Assembly: GCA_012295275.1 (NCBI GenBank)
Contig: CM022674.1
Coordinates: forward strand, 17,174,001 to 17,238,000
DNA length: 64,000 nt
Reading direction: 5' to 3'
Source: Chrysomallon squamiferum
Taxonomy: Eukaryota > Animalia > Mollusca
Within the stretch, counting starts at the first letter, position 1; the number at the start of each line of letters is the position of its first letter. Under the pieces are notes generated by a model. It saw nothing but the letters and a program-made list of their open reading frames with translations, searched no databases and was not told the DNA's origin. Shown piece by piece: positions 30,908 through 44,829 of the stretch. The position numbers and the translations under genes are program-made.

Positions 30908-33326
30908 TAAACAGTTTAAAAAAAATGAAGTATGATATTAAGATATACGATAACGACAGACAAGGTTTTAAAACGTTAGGAGAAAAAAATATATAAAATA
31001 AGTAAAAATGAGGTGCAAAATATCGCAATCGAAAGTTATCGTTCTTGTACAATGTTTTCCTATTTACACTGTTTTTTTTTTGTCTCTGTACATCATCACT
31101 GGAAACAAAAAGCAGGTCTCCTCAGCAGTCGTCTTTGTTTTAATGTATTCAAATTTGTTTGGGTCATCTCCCTAAAATTTATTTTATACTGACATTTGTC
31201 TGTTTCAAAGTTGTAAAATGGTTGCCCAGCCAAGTACTTCAGTTCAAGAGTATATTGCAGACTTTCCTAAAATAAACACAATATGCTGTTTTATATAATA
31301 TTATAGAACGTGTAATGTGATATATCATATGATATATGTTATAGGGTAATGTAATTTCAGGTGTGTGTCATGACGTGTAGTTCTTTGACTATGTATGAAT
31401 GAGATATGTGATTATTTTTATTTGATAAATACTAATATATTAGAAACACAATGTTATAGGTATTAACATGAACATTTTAAACATCTCTTTCTTTCTGTCT
31501 TCTTACTTTTTTTTTAATTGATGCTTTATAAATTTTCATTTCTTTAAATATTAGTTATCTTTGCTACCTATAATATTGGTTATTGTAGATGTTTTATTAT
31601 TTTGTTTTTTTTTTAATTTTATTTTTGAAGTAAGGAAACAAATAAATAAATAAATAGAACAAATAAAAAATAAAATAAAACAAATAAGATGTTTAAGAAG
31701 AAAGCAGTTCAACAATAAAATAAAATGAATATTCACTGGTTCATAAGGCAAACAATTTCCAGAGTCTGCCTCAAAATACCAACACCACTGTGTGAGCTGT
31801 GTGAAGTTGTCTTCTTGTGCAGTGACATACGATGCTGTTGAGAGACGCTGAACTTTGACATCAACCACTCCCAGTTCCAAACAAACTAAAACTCTCATTA
31901 AGTGAAAATCAACAACAGTTGGAATGAAGTTACTGGCAAATGCAATAGAGAAATTCTTTGAAAATGAAAAAAAAAAAAATATCTGTCTATATATACGAGT
32001 GTAGATTATAGATATAGATGTAAATTTTAATTAGTGGCACAAAAAAAAAAGTAATAGTAGAATTGTAATACGATTAACCCATAACATGTTTTCATATTGT
32101 TGTGTAGTAGTAAGTAATAAAAATAGTAAAAGAGTATACGTAAAACAAGAGAGGAAATCTTCTGAGATGTCATAATGTACTATTATTTTTCAAAATATTT
32201 TTTGAATACATACGTTTTCAAAAAAGAGAAAAAACTTAGGACATTGGTTAGATCAGGATCCAAGGAGGACTGAACTGGTGGCCAATACCTTCTCAAGGAT
32301 GTACTCTGAAACAAAAGTAAAACTGCATTATCATATGTCACTGTTATTAAAACTTATACTTTATTCCATGTTCATTTATCGCTTCTGGTTGTTTTTTTAA
32401 TTCACCTCTATATTTCCTGTGTCTGACATCAGACTACAAAAGCTCTGCTCGATCATCTCATTCTCCACTATGTCAAAGTTGACCCATTTGTCACAAATCT
32501 CCATCTGCCACTGGTAATGTAGATATCTTTGTGTGTGGGTATTTGAATGTATTACACAGTGACTCCATACACATTTCTCATAAAGCAGACCTTCTATCTC
32601 GTTGCTGTAATTCATTATTTCAAGGCTGTCATTCACATCAAGTTGTTTCTGCTGTGAAAGTTGAGCTGGATGTGCTTTGACTTTGACATCAAGTTGTTTC
32701 TGCTGTGAAACTTGTACTGTATCTGCTTTGACTTTGACATCAAGTTGTTTCTGCTGAGAAACGTGTGCTGGATCTGCTTTCACTTTGACATCAAGTTGTT
32801 TCTGCTGTGAAACTTAATGTGGATTTGCTTTGACTTTTTACACGTAATTGTTCTTCCTGTGAAATTCGTGCTCTATCTCCTGTAACTTTCACGCCAAGTT
32901 TTTTTTTCTGTGCATCTTGTACTGGATAAGCTTTCCTCTTCATATCAAGTTGTTTCTGCTGTTTTTGAGACGGAACTCTATTAATTTTGACATCAAGCTG
33001 TTTTGCCTTTATACCTGTTTTAGATCTCCTTTTACTTTCAACCCAAGTTGTTTCTCTTCTAAATCTTCTATTGTATCTGCTGCGACTTTCCTGTCAAATT
33101 GTTCCTGTTCTGGAAGATCATCTTGGTAATACCACCCACTCGTTTCGAAGACGGCAATATCATCAAATTTATCAAAGTGAGATATACTTCTGAAATAAAA
33201 TATAACAGTGAATCAGTGATTTCTCTTAAATCTTCCACATTTTCATCATTAAATATAACATTGACTGTTTTTCTATTTTTAAATGCATTTTATATTGAAT
33301 TAACAAAACTTTGGTAAATTTGTATC
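30557..33326 (-). pseudogene. WWE-WWE-PARP pseudogene fragment, copy 2 (cut by the gap)
   Basis: Near-identical to copy 1 at an offset of about +13.98 kb, with the same stop codons. Confidence 0.8.
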
Positions 33327-33526
33327 NNNNNNNNNNNNNNNNNNNNNNNNNNNNNNNNNNNNNNNNNNNNNNNNNNNNNNNNNNNNNNNNNNNNNNNNNN
33401 NNNNNNNNNNNNNNNNNNNNNNNNNNNNNNNNNNNNNNNNNNNNNNNNNNNNNNNNNNNNNNNNNNNNNNNNNNNNNNNNNNNNNNNNNNNNNNNNNNNN
33501 NNNNNNNNNNNNNNNNNNNNNNNNNN
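33327..33526. other. Assembly gap (200 N)
   Basis: Run of N. Confidence 1.
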
Positions 33527-35005
33527 TATGCAAAATAATTTAACGTTAGGGTTAGGGTTAGAGCTAGAATCATTTAAATTTTATCATTAGTGTTATGATA
33601 ATATGCAAAATAATTTGGGGTCACGTTAGGGTTAGGGTTAGAGCTAGAATCATTTAAATTTTATCATTAGTGTTATGATAATATGCAAAATAATTTGGGG
33701 TCACGTTAGGGTCAGGGTCAGGGTTAGGATTAGAGCTAGGATCATTTAAATTTTATCATTAGTGTTATGATAATATGCAAAATATTTTGGGGTCACGTTA
33801 GGGTCAGGGTTAGGGTTAGGGTTAGGGTTAGACCTAGGATCATTTAAATTTTATCATTAGTGTTAATGCAAAATGATTTGGGGTCACGCTTGGAAGTAGC
33901 GTAAGGGTAAGAAATAATGTTGCGAACCTCCGTACTATTCCTTTAGAAATTGAGCTAGCGTTAAGGGTAGGGTTAGGGTTAGTGTTAGTGTTAGTGCTAC
34001 GGTTATTTAAGTTTTATCATTAACGTTATGATAATATGAAAAATAAATTCTGGGTCACGATTGGAAGTAGCGTAAGGCTAACAATAAAAGATGCGGACCT
34101 CCGTAGGATTGAGCTTTGAAACTGAGATACGGTTAAGGGTAGGGTTAGTGTTAGGGTTATTCAAATTGTATCACTTGTGTAATGATAATGTCAAAAATAA
34201 TTTGTGGTTCACGATTGGAATTAGCTTAAGGGTAAGTATTAATATTCTGAACCTCCGTAGCTTTAGTTTTGGTAGTTAAGCTAGGGTTAGGGTCAGGATT
34301 AGGGTTAGAGGTAGTTTTATTTAAACTGTATTATTAGTGTTATGACAATGTGCAAGATAATTTGTGGGATACGACTGGAAGTATCGTACGAATTAATGCT
34401 GCGGACCTCCGTAGGTTTAGGTTTAGAAATTGAGCTAGGGTTAAGGTTAAGGTTAGGGATAGATTTAGGGTTAGGGTTAGAGCTAGGATTATTAAAACTG
34501 TATCATTAATCTTCTAATAATGTGCAAACTAATTTGAGATCACGATTCGAATTAGCGTAAGGGTAAGAATTAATGTGGCGGAATTCCGTAGGATTAAGTT
34601 TAGAAATTGAGATAGGGTTAAGGTTAGGGTTAGGGTCTGGATAAGGATTAGGGTTAGGGCTAAACCTAGGGTTGTTTAAATTGTATCACTAGTGTTAGGA
34701 TCATGTGCAACATAATGTGCGAGTCACGTAGAAGTAGCGAAATGGTAAGAATTCATGTTCGGGACCTGCGTTGGATTAGGTTTAGAAGTTGAGCTACGTT
34801 TAGGGTTGGGGTTAGGGTTAGGGTAAGAGTTAGGGTTAGAGCTTGGATGATTAAAATATTATCATTAGTGATCTTATAACGTGTAAAATAATTTGGGGGT
34901 CACGATTGGAGTCAGCGTAAGGGAAAAAACTCATGTTGCGAATTTCCAGTGGATTAAGTTTAGAAATTGAGCTAGGTTATGGATTAGTGTTAAGGTTAGG
35001 GATAC
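33527..35005. repeat. Same telomere-like satellite family, opposite orientation, (TTAGGG)n tracts
   Basis: The motif gtcacgattggaagtagcgtaagggtaa recurs about every 155-185 bp and is the reverse complement of the spacer in 875-2090; the array abuts an assembly gap. Confidence 0.85.
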
Positions 35006-35255
35006 AGAATTTGCCACCATTTTCTTTTCTTTTTCTCTTATTTCTTTATTTCTTTATTTTTTTTTACAAAATAGCAAAATAATTTTGTTTCTAAAATCTA
35101 CATTTTTCTTCTTTTATTTCAACACTAAATGTCTGAAATCTACATTTTACATCTTTTATTTCAAACTAAATTCCACCCTTACCGGATGTACCCTTTTTTA
35201 CACACGAGTCTAAAAAAATTAGAAAACAGTTACTGTGTAATAATAATAATAATAA

Positions 35256-35292
<37 letters not shown>

Positions 35293-35296
35293 TACA

Positions 35297-35330
<34 letters not shown>

Positions 35331-36528
35331 TTAGTACTAGTATTAGTATTAGTATTACTATTAGTATTAGTATTATGCAGTGTTAACTGGCTTAATTACC
35401 TACTGAAATCCTAGCCCTTCAGCCGAACACGGACATTATGGTTATTAATATTGTTGATAGTGTAGGTTGATCAATGTGGGTCTTTAGCATAAAGTATTAA
35501 TATTTTTAAAAAAGGCTTCGTAAATAATAATACAGATAAAAACACAGATAAATAAATGCAAATAACTGAAACTACTTTGTGTTGCTTGTAAGTACATGAT
35601 AGAAACTATATTTACTTGTACAGTTAAAACTATAGATGATATGTATTCGTCCACAAATGCTTAATTATATCGTTTATTCCGATCGAGCCTATATTTCCCA
35701 CTTGGTATAGTGCTGTATAATTTTAAAAATAAAACAACTAAAGCAAAGTTATGAATATATAAAAGGAAAAATATGATATGATCGATATGATTTATTTTAT
35801 TTAAACTCGATTGTGATTGTGTTATAGATTTAAAGACAAATTTAATATAATTTACCCGATTTTATATATATATATATTTTTAATACACATAATATTTGTT
35901 ATTATTGGTGTTATTATTTGTATTATCATCATTATTATTTGTCAGTATTTTTCTACTAATAATTCTGAACTCATTAAGAACGAGAACTTTGCTATTTCAC
36001 CAAATATGACTGTGAGACTTCCTCCCCCTTATACGATGTTGAAGCCCTTAAACGCAGCAGTTTGATAAAAAAGAACCACAAAGTTTCAGATATCGAAACC
36101 GCCTGCTTGAAGGTGTTCCCCATTGCTGATAAATGAACTCATTATTAATCAATTAATGTATTAAGAATACTTCAGAAAACGTCTTTGTTTTATGATTTTA
36201 TTGACGATACTTTCCTATACAGATCAGGTACTGTAATTATATAAACAGTGAACGAATAACAAGATTGGATGAAAGAAAGGAGAAAAAGACAAATATAAAA
36301 CGACATTAGAAAATTTTTAAATTAATGAAATGTCAGACATCATTTTCTTTCTTAATTATTGGTTTTATCATTGTTGTGTTGTTGTTGTTATTATTATTAT
36401 TATTATTATTATTCCTATCCATCCTTTTATTACCATCATCGTAATTATTTTTCAGTACTGATTATGATTATGATTAAGATTGTTATTGTTATTGTCATTA
36501 TTATTGTTATTATTACTATTATTATTAT

Positions 36529-36596
<68 letters not shown>

Positions 36597-37149
36597 CTCC
36601 TTGTCCATATTTATACGATCATCATCATCATAATCATCATCATTATTTTTTTATTACGGAACAGCAGATTATTTTGTTCAGGATTATTTTGCTCCTGCCA
36701 GGACCTAGTTTCAGTTATTTAATATCTGGACCAAAAGATAAACCATAGACATAACGAATACAAATATAGCATGGCGTCTGTCTACACACCTGATCGACTT
36801 TAGCTCAGTTGATAAGACGTCATTTGCTTCACTATCCTTTTTCACGGTCATTATATCAGTATTTCATAACAACAACAACAACAATAACAACATCAGAAGC
36901 AACAAGACTAACAACAACCATAGCTATAAATGAAAGAAAGAAATAACTGAGTTACAAAGATGTTTCAGTATTTTCAACTGATCTATGTAATATACTTTTC
37001 TGACATAATTAACGCGCCAAGTGTATTTTTGAACTGTACATTCATTTGCTATATGGTATCATCTGTAAACAATTAAACAAACAAACAAACAATCAAATAA
37101 ATAAATAAATAAAAATAAATAAATCTAACGAATGATGTACAATTATTTC

Positions 37150-37331
37150 GTGTTCGTGTGCAAGCGCAAATGCCATGACCGGATGTTAGGACTCGTTTGC
37201 CATCATTTAGAACCTTACTTTCCGGAAGAATGCGTCGCAATAACAGATAATAGTCGTCAAGAACAAAACAAAGCAGAAACTTGTAACAGATCAGGTGAAC
37301 TGTTCTTCTGATTTATTATTCTGACTGATCT
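37150..37331 (+). promoter_or_regulatory. Candidate promoter / first non-coding exon of the PARP-like copy 3
   Basis: Locally CpG-rich; ETS-like CCGGATGT and palindromic CTTCCGGAAG, near-palindrome TCTCACGAGA; donor cacg|gtaaga at 37331, upstream of the 39046 acceptor. Confidence 0.35.
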
Positions 37332-37408
37332 CACGAGACGATAAAATCACGGTAAGAAAAATATGTAATGTTACAGGCATATATTATTATTATTATTATT
37401 ATTATTAC

Positions 37409-37451
<43 letters not shown>

Positions 37452-37619
37452 TTATTATTATTATTATTATTATTATATTAATATTATTATTATTAGTATT
37501 AGTATTAGTATTAGTATTATTATTATGCACTGACACGGAAGAAATCGCTCAACATTTAAGGGAAACTAGAAGCTGTTTATAATGAATATATCATTAAACG
37601 TATTATGTATTATATATAA

Positions 37620-37662
<43 letters not shown>

Positions 37663-37711
37663 CTTAAGAAAGAAAGGGCAAACAAAAAAAAGGAGCACCA
37701 TAAACCCCTTA

Positions 37712-37900
37712 GCTATCAGTATCGCTACAGTATATCGCTACAGTATATCGCTACAGTATATCGCTATAGTATATCGCTACAGTATATCGCTACAGTATAT
37801 CGCTATAGTATATCTCTATAGTATATCGCTATAGTATATCGCTACAGTATATCGCTACAGTATATCGCTATAGTATATCGCTACAGTATATTACTACAGG
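37712..37900. repeat. 13-bp minisatellite (TATATCGCTAYAG)n
   Basis: About 14 tandem copies, with C/T variants. Confidence 0.95.
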
Positions 37901-39045
37901 AGGTATAAATACTCTCGTGTCAGGTTGATATGGTAGAATAGGTTTTGAGTCCATGTAACGATAAACAATATAATCGTCACACATTCAGTTTTCTGCAACA
38001 TTTAATAACTAAGACTACAATTCTATGCTTTGGGTAAATACCCGTATGTACTTCTGTATTTAATCTCTGAACTACGTCAGATGTTCTCTGTCCTTACAAA
38101 TATCACTAGCAGCAGAAGAACAAATCGTAAAAAATATTTAAATATTCAGTAAAATGTCTACTGATACGGCCATGATCTAAATTGCAAGATTACATAAATT
38201 TATAACTTAGCTTTCATTGGATAATATTTATTTATTTTATTTATTTATTTTTTTTTTATTTTTATTTTTTATTTGTTAGTTTCTTTATTTTTGTCGTTTT
38301 TTATTATCATTATTGTTATTTATCATTTTGTATTTTTTAGATTTGTTTTTTTTTTATTATCATTATTTTTATTGCTATTATTATTATTTTTTAAGTCGAT
38401 TTTTTGGGAGACTTTTTTTAAGTAATAGTGGCAAAACTATTTTATACTTATTATTTTTTAAATATCGATTGTCTATTTTTACGGGATGCATCTGAATTAA
38501 TTAAAATGTTATTTTCAAAATATAATTTTATCCATAAAACATTTTGAAAAATTAAATATCAAAACCAATATGTTAAACAGATATCTTCCATTTAATGACA
38601 TAAAAATACATTTTAAAGCGATAAAACCGTCAGTATGCGTTATATCGGCGTCTTGCAAATGATCTAGGAATGCAGACTTCTCTACCAAATTGCACTAAAT
38701 ATATTCCTACAGGAGGTATAAAAACTCACTCGTGTCAATTTGATACGGCCATGCAATCGTCAAATTACCGAAAATCGAAAACAAATAAATTTATAACTTA
38801 GCTTTCATTGGTTAATATTTATTTATTTACTATAGGTTATTTATTTATTTATTTATTTATTTATTTGTTAGTTTCTTAGATTGTCAATGTTTTTTATTAT
38901 CTAAAAATTATTGCCTGGAATCTATTATTATTATTTTTCAATTTTTCTTAAAATACACATCGACTTATACAGTGGCAAAACTATTTTATACTTATTATTT
39001 TTTAAATATCGATTGTCTATTTTATACTTAAAATGTTATTTTCAG

Positions 39046-39575
39046 GCATTTGAAACATGTCTAAAAAAAAGAGATAGTATACTTGGCAGATAGAATTTTA
39101 CAAATAGTAGAAAGTTCTGATAATTCAGTATTAAATGTATTTAAAAAAAATAGAAAAACAGTCAGTGTTATATTTAATGATGAAAATATCACAACTGGTG
39201 AAGATTTAGGAAAAATCACTGATTCACTGTTATATATTTTCAGAAGTTTATCTCACTTTAATAAATTTGATGATATTGACGTCTTCGAAACGAGTGGGTG
39301 GTATTACCAAGATGATCTTCCAGAACAGGAACAATTTGACAGGAAAGTCACAGCAGATGCAATAGAAGATTTAGAAGAGAAACAATCTGATTTGAAAGTA
39401 AAACTAATTCTAAAACAAATTGGTATCAAACTGAAAACAATTCCATGTCAAAAATTAGAAAAGATTTCCGTCTGAAAAAAGCAGAAACAACTTGGAAGAA
39501 AAAAAGTGAAAGCAGATCTAGTACAAAGTTTCAGAACAAAGAAACAACTTGATGTCAAAGTGAAATCAGAAACAA
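39046..39575 (+). pseudogene. Third, more diverged 5' fragment of the same PARP-like gene
   Basis: ttttcag|gcattt acceptor as at 19398; DRILQI...FNKFDDIDVFETSGWYYQDDLPEQEQFDRKVTAD matches copies 1 and 2; TGA at 39473-39475; truncated after KQLDVKVKSE. Intron 37955-38050 matches ~19500-19598 inverted. Confidence 0.75.
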
Positions 39576-39656
39576 CAATTTATATATTATTATTATTATT
39601 TATATATATATACATATACATACACCATTGCTCTGCTGGCAGTACCAAACGCATAG

Positions 39657-39842
39657 ATCAATTTGAAGTTAATTCCGAATTCATGTGGCAAGCCTACTTT
39701 AGTGCATCAGGGACATAGGTTCAGGATCAAGAGTAGTAAAAGAGATATTGTTCATTGGAAGTGTTGCAAAGTCGGTTGTCCATCTACCATAATACCTCGA
39801 GAGATTTAATTACGAGCTACCGAAATCTTCACAACCATGAAC
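39657..39842 (+). mobile_element. FLYWCH zinc-finger remnant, probably from a Mutator-like (MULE) transposon
   Basis: INLKLIPNSCGKPTLVHQGHRFRIKSSKRDIVHWKCCKVGCPSTI, then after a frameshift LITSYRNLHNHE, fits the L..GY.F...W.C...C...HNH FLYWCH pattern. Confidence 0.6.
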
Positions 39843-42342
39843 GCGGCAGATGTGATAAAATGAATAAATGTTATGAATAACTATAATTTTAACTATGTGA
39901 ATGTTATGAATGACTATACTTTTAACTATGTGAATGTTATGAATGTCCAATTATTTGTAGATGTAATAAAATGAACAAATGTTATGAATGACTATAATTT
40001 AACTATGCAGTAAAATAAACGATGAAGTGATCGAACGATTTTTTTCAGGTTATTTATTGATATAGACTATTCCATACTCGCTTATTGTATTAGGGGTTAG
40101 CGCGTATCAGTGATTTTTATATAAGAACAGTAGAGTTCTGTATAAGAACAATAATACGGAGACACCGCGTGTTATTCAAGGTAAATAGCAGGTTATTAGT
40201 AACGCGCTCAACCTTGTCTTGTATTGTTTAATGCCTCCGCGTTATGGGACCTCAGTCTTTTGGGAGGTCACCCACAGATTCACGAGTCAGTATGACACAA
40301 AGAATTACATTACACAGGTGTGTGCGTCAGTAGTATATACAAAGAATTATATTACATGGATGTTTGGGTCAGTAGGCTATATAAGTGAATACATTACAGG
40401 GTACAAAGGTCAGTACGATTTACAACGGACTATATTACAGTGGTATATGGGTTGGAAGGGTTGACAAAGATTTACATTACAGCGTTCAAGATCTGAGCAT
40501 ATTTCTCAAAAACAATATTACAATCAGGCAAGACACATTAAAGGAACAAGTTATATCAGACTGTGTTACAGATGTGTATGGTTATCTTTTCATTACATTT
40601 TGAAGTTTATTGTTACGTGAGATTTTTGTTATAAGGGCAATGTATAATTAATTATATTGCTGACGTTAAATGGGTCATTTGTAGTTATATATAATAGTGG
40701 TGTACTGACCACGTAGAATTAAATCATATCGGTACAGGTGTCAGATATATTGATATATGGTATCATAAGAGGCCGTAGGATCAATCCTTCTTAGCGTACC
40801 CTTTGCATTATATTTCTTCTTAGCGATGAGATATGTGTGTATGCACACACACACACACACACACAATTATTGGTAACTGAAAACCTCTTTTTTTTCTTTC
40901 GTACAATTATCATGTAGATAAAAGGATTGTTGGTAAATTTAGACTCACTGACTATTCAGTTATTTTATATATCTAAATGTCAGTCACTATCTTGGTTACT
41001 CACACTGATACACTGAAGGAACGGAAAACAATTTAATTTACACATTTCATTTCCTTTGTTACTTTTCCTCATATAAATGATTACTGCTTGACAGTCACAT
41101 AATAACAAAAAGTTAGTTGGGCATAATTACATGCAAGCCATTCATTAAAATGAATATTACTCGTAGTCATGCAAAAAGAGTTCTGTCAAAGATATCCATG
41201 CTTAAGAAAAGAAAAACTATTTTTTTTATTTATATTTAATATTTATCTTATTGCTATTGATTTATGTATATGATCTTCTATCACTGTATTAAATCAAATG
41301 CTATTATAATTTTTATGATATATTTTAGATAGCGAAAAAGACCTGTAACTTAACTGATCTAAAGGTTGATATATATCGATAAACAAACCGATTAGAAAGA
41401 AATATACATAGATACGGACAGACAGACAGACAAATCAGTGGTTGAAATGCTTTGGTGTTATTATTTTTATTAGTATTATTTTATTATTTTTATTAGTATT
41501 ATTTTATTATTTGTATTAGTATTAATAAAATAGTTTCTTATATGCATTTATGTTAACATATTGTATTGTCTTGATTACTCATAAACAATAAATAAAATTT
41601 ACCGAATTGTAATATCTTTCTTATATTATAACAAGAGTTAATTACAGCACAATTTAACTACTTCATGAAGTTTAATGTTTAAGTCTTGTGTAATTTCCAC
41701 ACACAACAAATACTAATTGGAAATTATTTAAAATGTTAACTACAAAATGCTTATTTCCCGTTCTAGATATCTCATACGAAAATTGATTAATAAACACTTT
41801 TTCGTCTAACCAATTTATTTATTTAGAAGAAGCATAAACAACCAGAAACAGTAACTGGAAAAGTGTAATGACCGAGTTCAAAGAAATTACATAAAGAGAT
41901 TTTCAGAGAGAAAGAAAACAAAACTAAATCACACACACTTTACAGCTTTAGTTTAGTTATTTCAGAAATGCTAAATAAGAAGGTTTGAAACTATATACAT
42001 TTCATTTTTTAAATGTGATGTATGGCTACAGTATCAGGACAGTTTCAAGTAACAACATACATGTACAGGGGAAAAGACCGCTTTTGTGTGTGTGTATGTA
42101 TGTGTGTGACTGTGTGTGTGTGTGTGTGTGTGTGTTTATGTGTCTGTTTCTAAGGTGGAGGCATACATTCGTATGATTCTTTCTCTTTCGTTTACAGATG
42201 CATTAATATTGTATGTAATTTACACTAATACAGTTAATAATATGCATATTTTAAACGTTATTTACAAACAAATAAAAACACAAAGTTTCAAAAAACAAAA
42301 TCCTCTGTACTATTAAAGAGATTGTTTTTCACATTTGCTTAC

Positions 42343-42992
42343 CTCTATTGCCCGTTCTAGAACGTGGTCCCGTAGTGAGAACTTCTCGTCAACATCTAGT
42401 TGTCTCATCTTGACAAAACCAATCATTCCTGCTTTCTCAACACACGAATGATCCTGAAACGTGTCAAAGTAGATTGTGCAGTTTTCAGTACGAAACGTCT
42501 CAGTGAAATCAAACTGGTAAGTAAAAGTGTGGAACCCAGATAAACAGAAATCAAGATGGATTGATTGACGGACGAACGAACAAAATAGTCTGACTGATTA
42601 GGAGTCTACAGATGGAGAGACTGACACTGATAAATAGATATACAGACAGAGAGATGGATGTACTGACAACGATACATACATGTATATAGTCAGAAATGGA
42701 CGGACAGAGAGAGAAAGACAAAGGTACAGAAGAATAGTTTTGACAGACAGATAAGACAATAAGTAAATAAACTAAGAGATAATACAGTAAATAAACTAAC
42801 AAACTGAACCATAAAGGAGACATGCTGAAGGACAGATCACATAAAATTAATACTGACTAGTTTTGACGAATAAGCTACGAGTCTCGATAACAACATTCCA
42901 TCTTCGATGGAAGGGAGGCGACTCTTGAGTTTGCCGATGGTGGCATTTCTGGCGGCGAGTAAGGCTACAAGTACACACTTGCTAGCTGATCC
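42343..42992 (-). pseudogene. Tdc: Two orphan exons of a group II PLP-dependent aromatic amino acid decarboxylase, most like tyrosine decarboxylase
   Basis: Exon 42992-42858 (135 bp, ccag|gga...cta|gtcagt) = GSASKCVLVALLAARNATIGKLKSRLPSIEDGMLLSRLVAYSSKL. Exon 42453-42343 (111 bp, tcag|gat...gag|gtaagc) = DHSCVEKAGMIGFVKMRQLDVDEKFSLRDHVLERAIE. These match the family motifs GSASE..LVALLAAR and AHSCVEKA.MIGFVK. Other exons not found. Confidence 0.82.
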
Positions 42993-43383
42993 CTGGATAT
43001 TAAATATTGCATTTTTATAGTGTCTACTCTGGATTTTTGATTTTAAATATGTGCTTTTGTAATGTTTACTGTAGATGATGCAATTGAAATATATATTTTT
43101 TGTAGTTTTTTCTACAAATTTTGAATATTAAATATTCATTTTTTAGTGTTTATTGTAGATTTTTTATGTTAAATATGTATGTTTGTATTATTTACTCTAG
43201 ATTTTGGATACTAAATTTGTATTTTCGAAGTGTTTACTGTAGATTTTGGAGATAAAATTGATCATTAAGGTGTTGTGACTTTTTCAAATACCTTGAACCG
43301 TTAAATATTGACTGTTAACCATGATGATATAAATATCATATTTAAACGTCTGCCTGAGACATGTAGTTATATATCTCTCTCTA

Positions 43384-43463
<80 letters not shown>

Positions 43464-43788
43464 TATAGATAGATAGATGCATAGTTAGACATATATATAG
43501 GCTTAACGATATAAAAACAAAACACTGCTAAATTTCTGCAACGTGAAGTCAAACATTTTGTTCACTATCTAACAACGCCTTATTGATTATCAATTTGATT
43601 GACAATTTAACAGGTAGACTTATTTTAAAACTAATAAGAATATAAAGGACACGCCTATAGCACCTTTGTACATGAATAACTCCGCCCCCTCTTCCTGATT
43701 CGTTGAAAAACGTTTTGGGCAGACAAGTCAGTTTTCCTGAAGGGAAATAACAACAGTGAACAACAGTGGTCTACTCTATGATGGGAAA

Positions 43789-43837
<49 letters not shown>

Positions 43838-44174
43838 TATAAAATGTAATATATCTAATGATACACTGTTTATTATACTCTTGTCGTCAAATAATAACAA
43901 TGATCTGTATGTTTGTAAATCTGTTATGTTTATGTCATTTAAAGGTTTCATTTCACAATTCTTAATTTCCATTTTCTGTAAACTATCAACGTCACAACAA
44001 AAAAGAATCCATTCTCCATTCTTTTCTGCAACAGATGAATTAAGCCTGTATGATGGTCCATCAAGTTCTGGCATTCTTCACGTCGTGTAATGTTATTTGG
44101 TTCGTTTCTTTCTTGTCTAACACATCTACAGTCTGATACATTAACAGTCAAAGACTTAAGCTTGAAAACTGCTG

Positions 44175-44420
44175 AGACTTCACTCAAACCAGCTACTGTT
44201 CACTGCTGTTATTTGCTTTCATGAAATGTTTAGTGAATTCACTCAAACCAGGTACTGTTCACTGTTGTTACTTGCCTTCATGATATGTTTAGTGAATTCA
44301 CTCAAACCAGGTACTGTTCACTGTTGTTATTTGCTTTCATGATATGTTTAGTGAATTCACTCAAACCCAGGTACTGTTCACTGTTGTTACTTGCCTTCAT
44401 GATATGCTTAGTGACTTCAA
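44175..44420. repeat. 59-bp tandem repeat, 4 copies
   Basis: ttcactcaaaccaggtactgttcactgttgtta... at 44179, 44238, 44297 and 44356; partial copies at ~44715 and, inverted, at ~43740. Confidence 0.9.
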
Positions 44421-44829
44421 GATTAGAAAATGGATTCACCTGAACAATGAAAAAGAGTTAGAACATATCTACTTTTCATTACATTCCTTGCATGAATAAT
44501 ACTTTAAAAGAAATGTTTCAGATCTCTCAGCAATAGTAAGTGTAGCAAAAATACTGATCTTAAATATGTGGTTTAAATACAAATATAAACGTTCACATGG
44601 TATATAACATTGACATTTTTTCATATTTTTGGATTTTGTGCCAAAATATATCTTAAGATTGTAAACACAAGAAAAGTGTTTTCATAATATGTTCAGTTTT
44701 GCTATGAAAACTACTGAGACTTCACTAAAACCCAGGTACTGTTCACTGTTGTTTTACGTGTTATACCTTTGAAACCACTGCTGATGCACCAAGCATTAAT
44801 AACAGGTTGAGTAAATAATGGCAGATGTT

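Noticed and set aside
36798-36830. TAGCTCAGTTG tRNA A-box-like sequence
   Set aside because: No B box or cloverleaf; at most a SINE relic.
44175-44420. Regular repeats as a possible CRISPR array (also the ankyrin cassettes with variable inserts)
   Set aside because: No unique spacers, no cas genes, eukaryotic context; the ankyrin repeats are in-frame coding units.
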